Assembly (NCBI GenBank): GCA_030039135.1
Contig: JASHQN010000059.1
Coordinates: 1 to 33,690 of the forward strand
Length of the DNA: 33,690 nt
Source of the DNA: Thermoplasmata archaeon
GTDB lineage: Archaea > Thermoplasmatota > Thermoplasmata > Lutacidiplasmatales > UBA184
Reading direction: 5' to 3'
Under the pieces are notes generated by a model. The model ran no database searches and was not told the DNA's origin. It saw only the letters and a list, made by a program, of their open reading frames with translations. Made by a program: the position numbers and the translations under genes. This document shows, piece after piece, positions 32,732 through 33,690 of this stretch. The number at the start of each line of letters is the position of its first letter. Positions within the stretch are counted from its first letter, which is position 1.

Positions 32732-32771
32732 CCCGCCCCTCCTTTTGTATCCTTCCCGGGTGGCAAGGCCC

Positions 32772-33690
32772 ATGCCGTCGGACGAGGAGCCCACGGGCGC
32801 CCCCTCCTCGGCGGAGGTCCAGCGGCGCATCCTCGCATTCTGGGAATCGACGGGCGTGCCGGCGCGCGCGCTGGAGCGCAATGCGGGGGGCCCGGTCTTC
32901 CGCTTCACCGAGGGTCCCCCGACCGCGAACGGCGCGCCTCACCTGGGCCACGTGGTCTCGCGGACGGTGAAGGATCTCGAGCTCCGGTTCCGGCGGATGA
33001 ACGGGTACCGGATCGTCAGCTCGATGGCAGGCTGGGACTGCCACGGCCTCCCGGTCGAGCTCGAGATCGAGAAGCGGCACGGGATCAAGTCGAAGCAGGA
33101 GATCGAATCGTTCGGGATCGAGCGCTTCTGCGACGAGTGCCGCGAGGGCTGCCTTGCCGTCGCGGCCGTCTGGCGCGAGATGAGCCGGAGGGTCGGCTTC
33201 TGGCTGGACTACGACCATGCCTACCGGACGATGGACCCGCCGTACATCGAGAGCGTCTGGTGGGCTCTCAAGTCCCTCTTCGACCACGGACTCCTCGAGA
33301 AGGGCCACTATGTGCTTCCGTACTGCCCGCGCTGCGAGACGACGCTCTCCTCGCACGAGGTCGCCCAGGGGTACCGCGAGGCGACGGACCCGTCGGTGAC
33401 GGTGCGCTTCCCGCTCGTCGGGGCGCCGCCGGGCGCCCCCGAGCGGTCGCTGCTCGTCTGGACGACCACCCCGTGGACGCTCGCCGCGAACCTCCTGGTC
33501 GTCGCCCGAGCGGACCTGACGTACGCGGTCGTGCGGCTCGCCGACGGCGGCGAGGGCGTGCTGGCGGAGTCCGCGCTCGCCCGCTACTTCCCGCCGGGGA
33601 CCGAGGTCGTCGCGCGGCTCACCGGCCGCGAGCTCGCGGGGCGGGAGTACCTCCCGCCGTTCTCCTTCGTGCCGGCCGCCCCGGGACGCT
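32772..33690 (+). CDS. ileS: Isoleucine--tRNA ligase, N-terminal part (runs off the window; not in the ORF track)
   Basis: My translation gives MPSDEEPTG...FRFTEGPPTANGAPHLGHVVSRTVKDLELRFRRMNGYRIVSSMAGWDCHGLPVELEIEK...LPYCPRCETTLSSHEVAQGYREATDPSVTVRF. It carries the HIGH-type motif and the class Ia IleRS pattern. ttttgtat is centred about 25 nt upstream of the ATG. Confidence 0.85.
   Translation, partial: MPSDEEPTGAPSSAEVQRRILAFWESTGVPARALERNAGGPVFRFTEGPPTANGAPHLGHVVSRTVKDLELRFRRMNGYRIVSSMAGWDCHGLPVELEIEKRHGIKSKQEIESFGIERFCDECREGCLAVAAVWREMSRRVGFWLDYDHAYRTMDPPYIESVWWALKSLFDHGLLEKGHYVLPYCPRCETTLSSHEVAQGYREATDPSVTVRFPLVGAPPGAPERSLLVWTTTPWTLAANLLVVARADLTYAVVRLADGGEGVLAESALARYFPPGTEVVARLTGRELAGREYLPPFSFVPAAPGR

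Noticed and set aside
1-33690. CRISPR arrays, IS elements or transposases, integrases, prophage or defence-system genes, rRNA and tRNA genes.
   Set aside because: I saw no regularly spaced 25-40 nt direct repeats and no terminal inverted repeats flanking an ORF. No ORF carries DDE, tyrosine-recombinase or serine-recombinase motifs, nor nuclease/ATPase combinations typical of defence systems. All intergenic regions are too short or lack RNA-gene signatures.

Overview
Visibly G+C-rich, densely packed window that is almost certainly from an archaeal chromosome, probably an uncultured euryarchaeon or Thermoplasmata-like lineage (inference only). The archaeal call rests on a LysW carrier-protein pathway, a geranylgeranyl reductase with its own ferredoxin, a KEOPS Pcc1-like protein, a thermopsin-like secreted protein, a DUF835-like domain, and A/T-rich boxes about 25-30 nt upstream of many start codons. 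I support about 33 protein genes. I found no rRNA, tRNA, CRISPR array, transposase or integrase. Layout: (1) 361-4115, a large secreted thermopsin-like protein convergent with carbamate kinase. (2) 4398-8617, a signalling neighbourhood holding a degenerate receiver, a cytoplasmic dual-PAS histidine kinase, a membrane protein, and a receiver/DUF835-like/wHTH regulator. (3) 8691-9566, pirin. (4) 9535-17234 on the minus strand, one tightly coupled eight-gene operon argG-argH-lysW-lysX-lysY-lysZ-lysJ-lysK. The 53-aa lysW is missing from the supplied ORF track. (5) 17336-20119, a divergent ACT-domain regulator, an M29-aminopeptidase-like protein and an MTHFR-like protein. (6) 20487-33690, a 13-kb co-directional plus-strand array: small orphan protein plus glycogen-debranching-like enzyme, ABC-2 exporter, flavin reductase, TrxB, ferredoxin plus geranylgeranyl reductase, two orphan proteins, DUF1028 Ntn-hydrolase with a peptidoglycan-binding-like domain, Pcc1-like, CPBP protease, CoA-binding protein, bactofilin-like protein, and the 5' part of ileS. 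Most of this is housekeeping. I see no clear novel multi-gene system such as a defence island. The points most worth a second look are the LysW operon architecture, the atypical signalling proteins, several perfect palindromes at promoter or terminator positions, the 367-nt intergenic region at 20120-20486, and the orphan/DUF1028/bactofilin stretch. Many long Arg/Pro/Gly-rich ORFs in the track are antisense or off-frame artefacts of the high G+C content.
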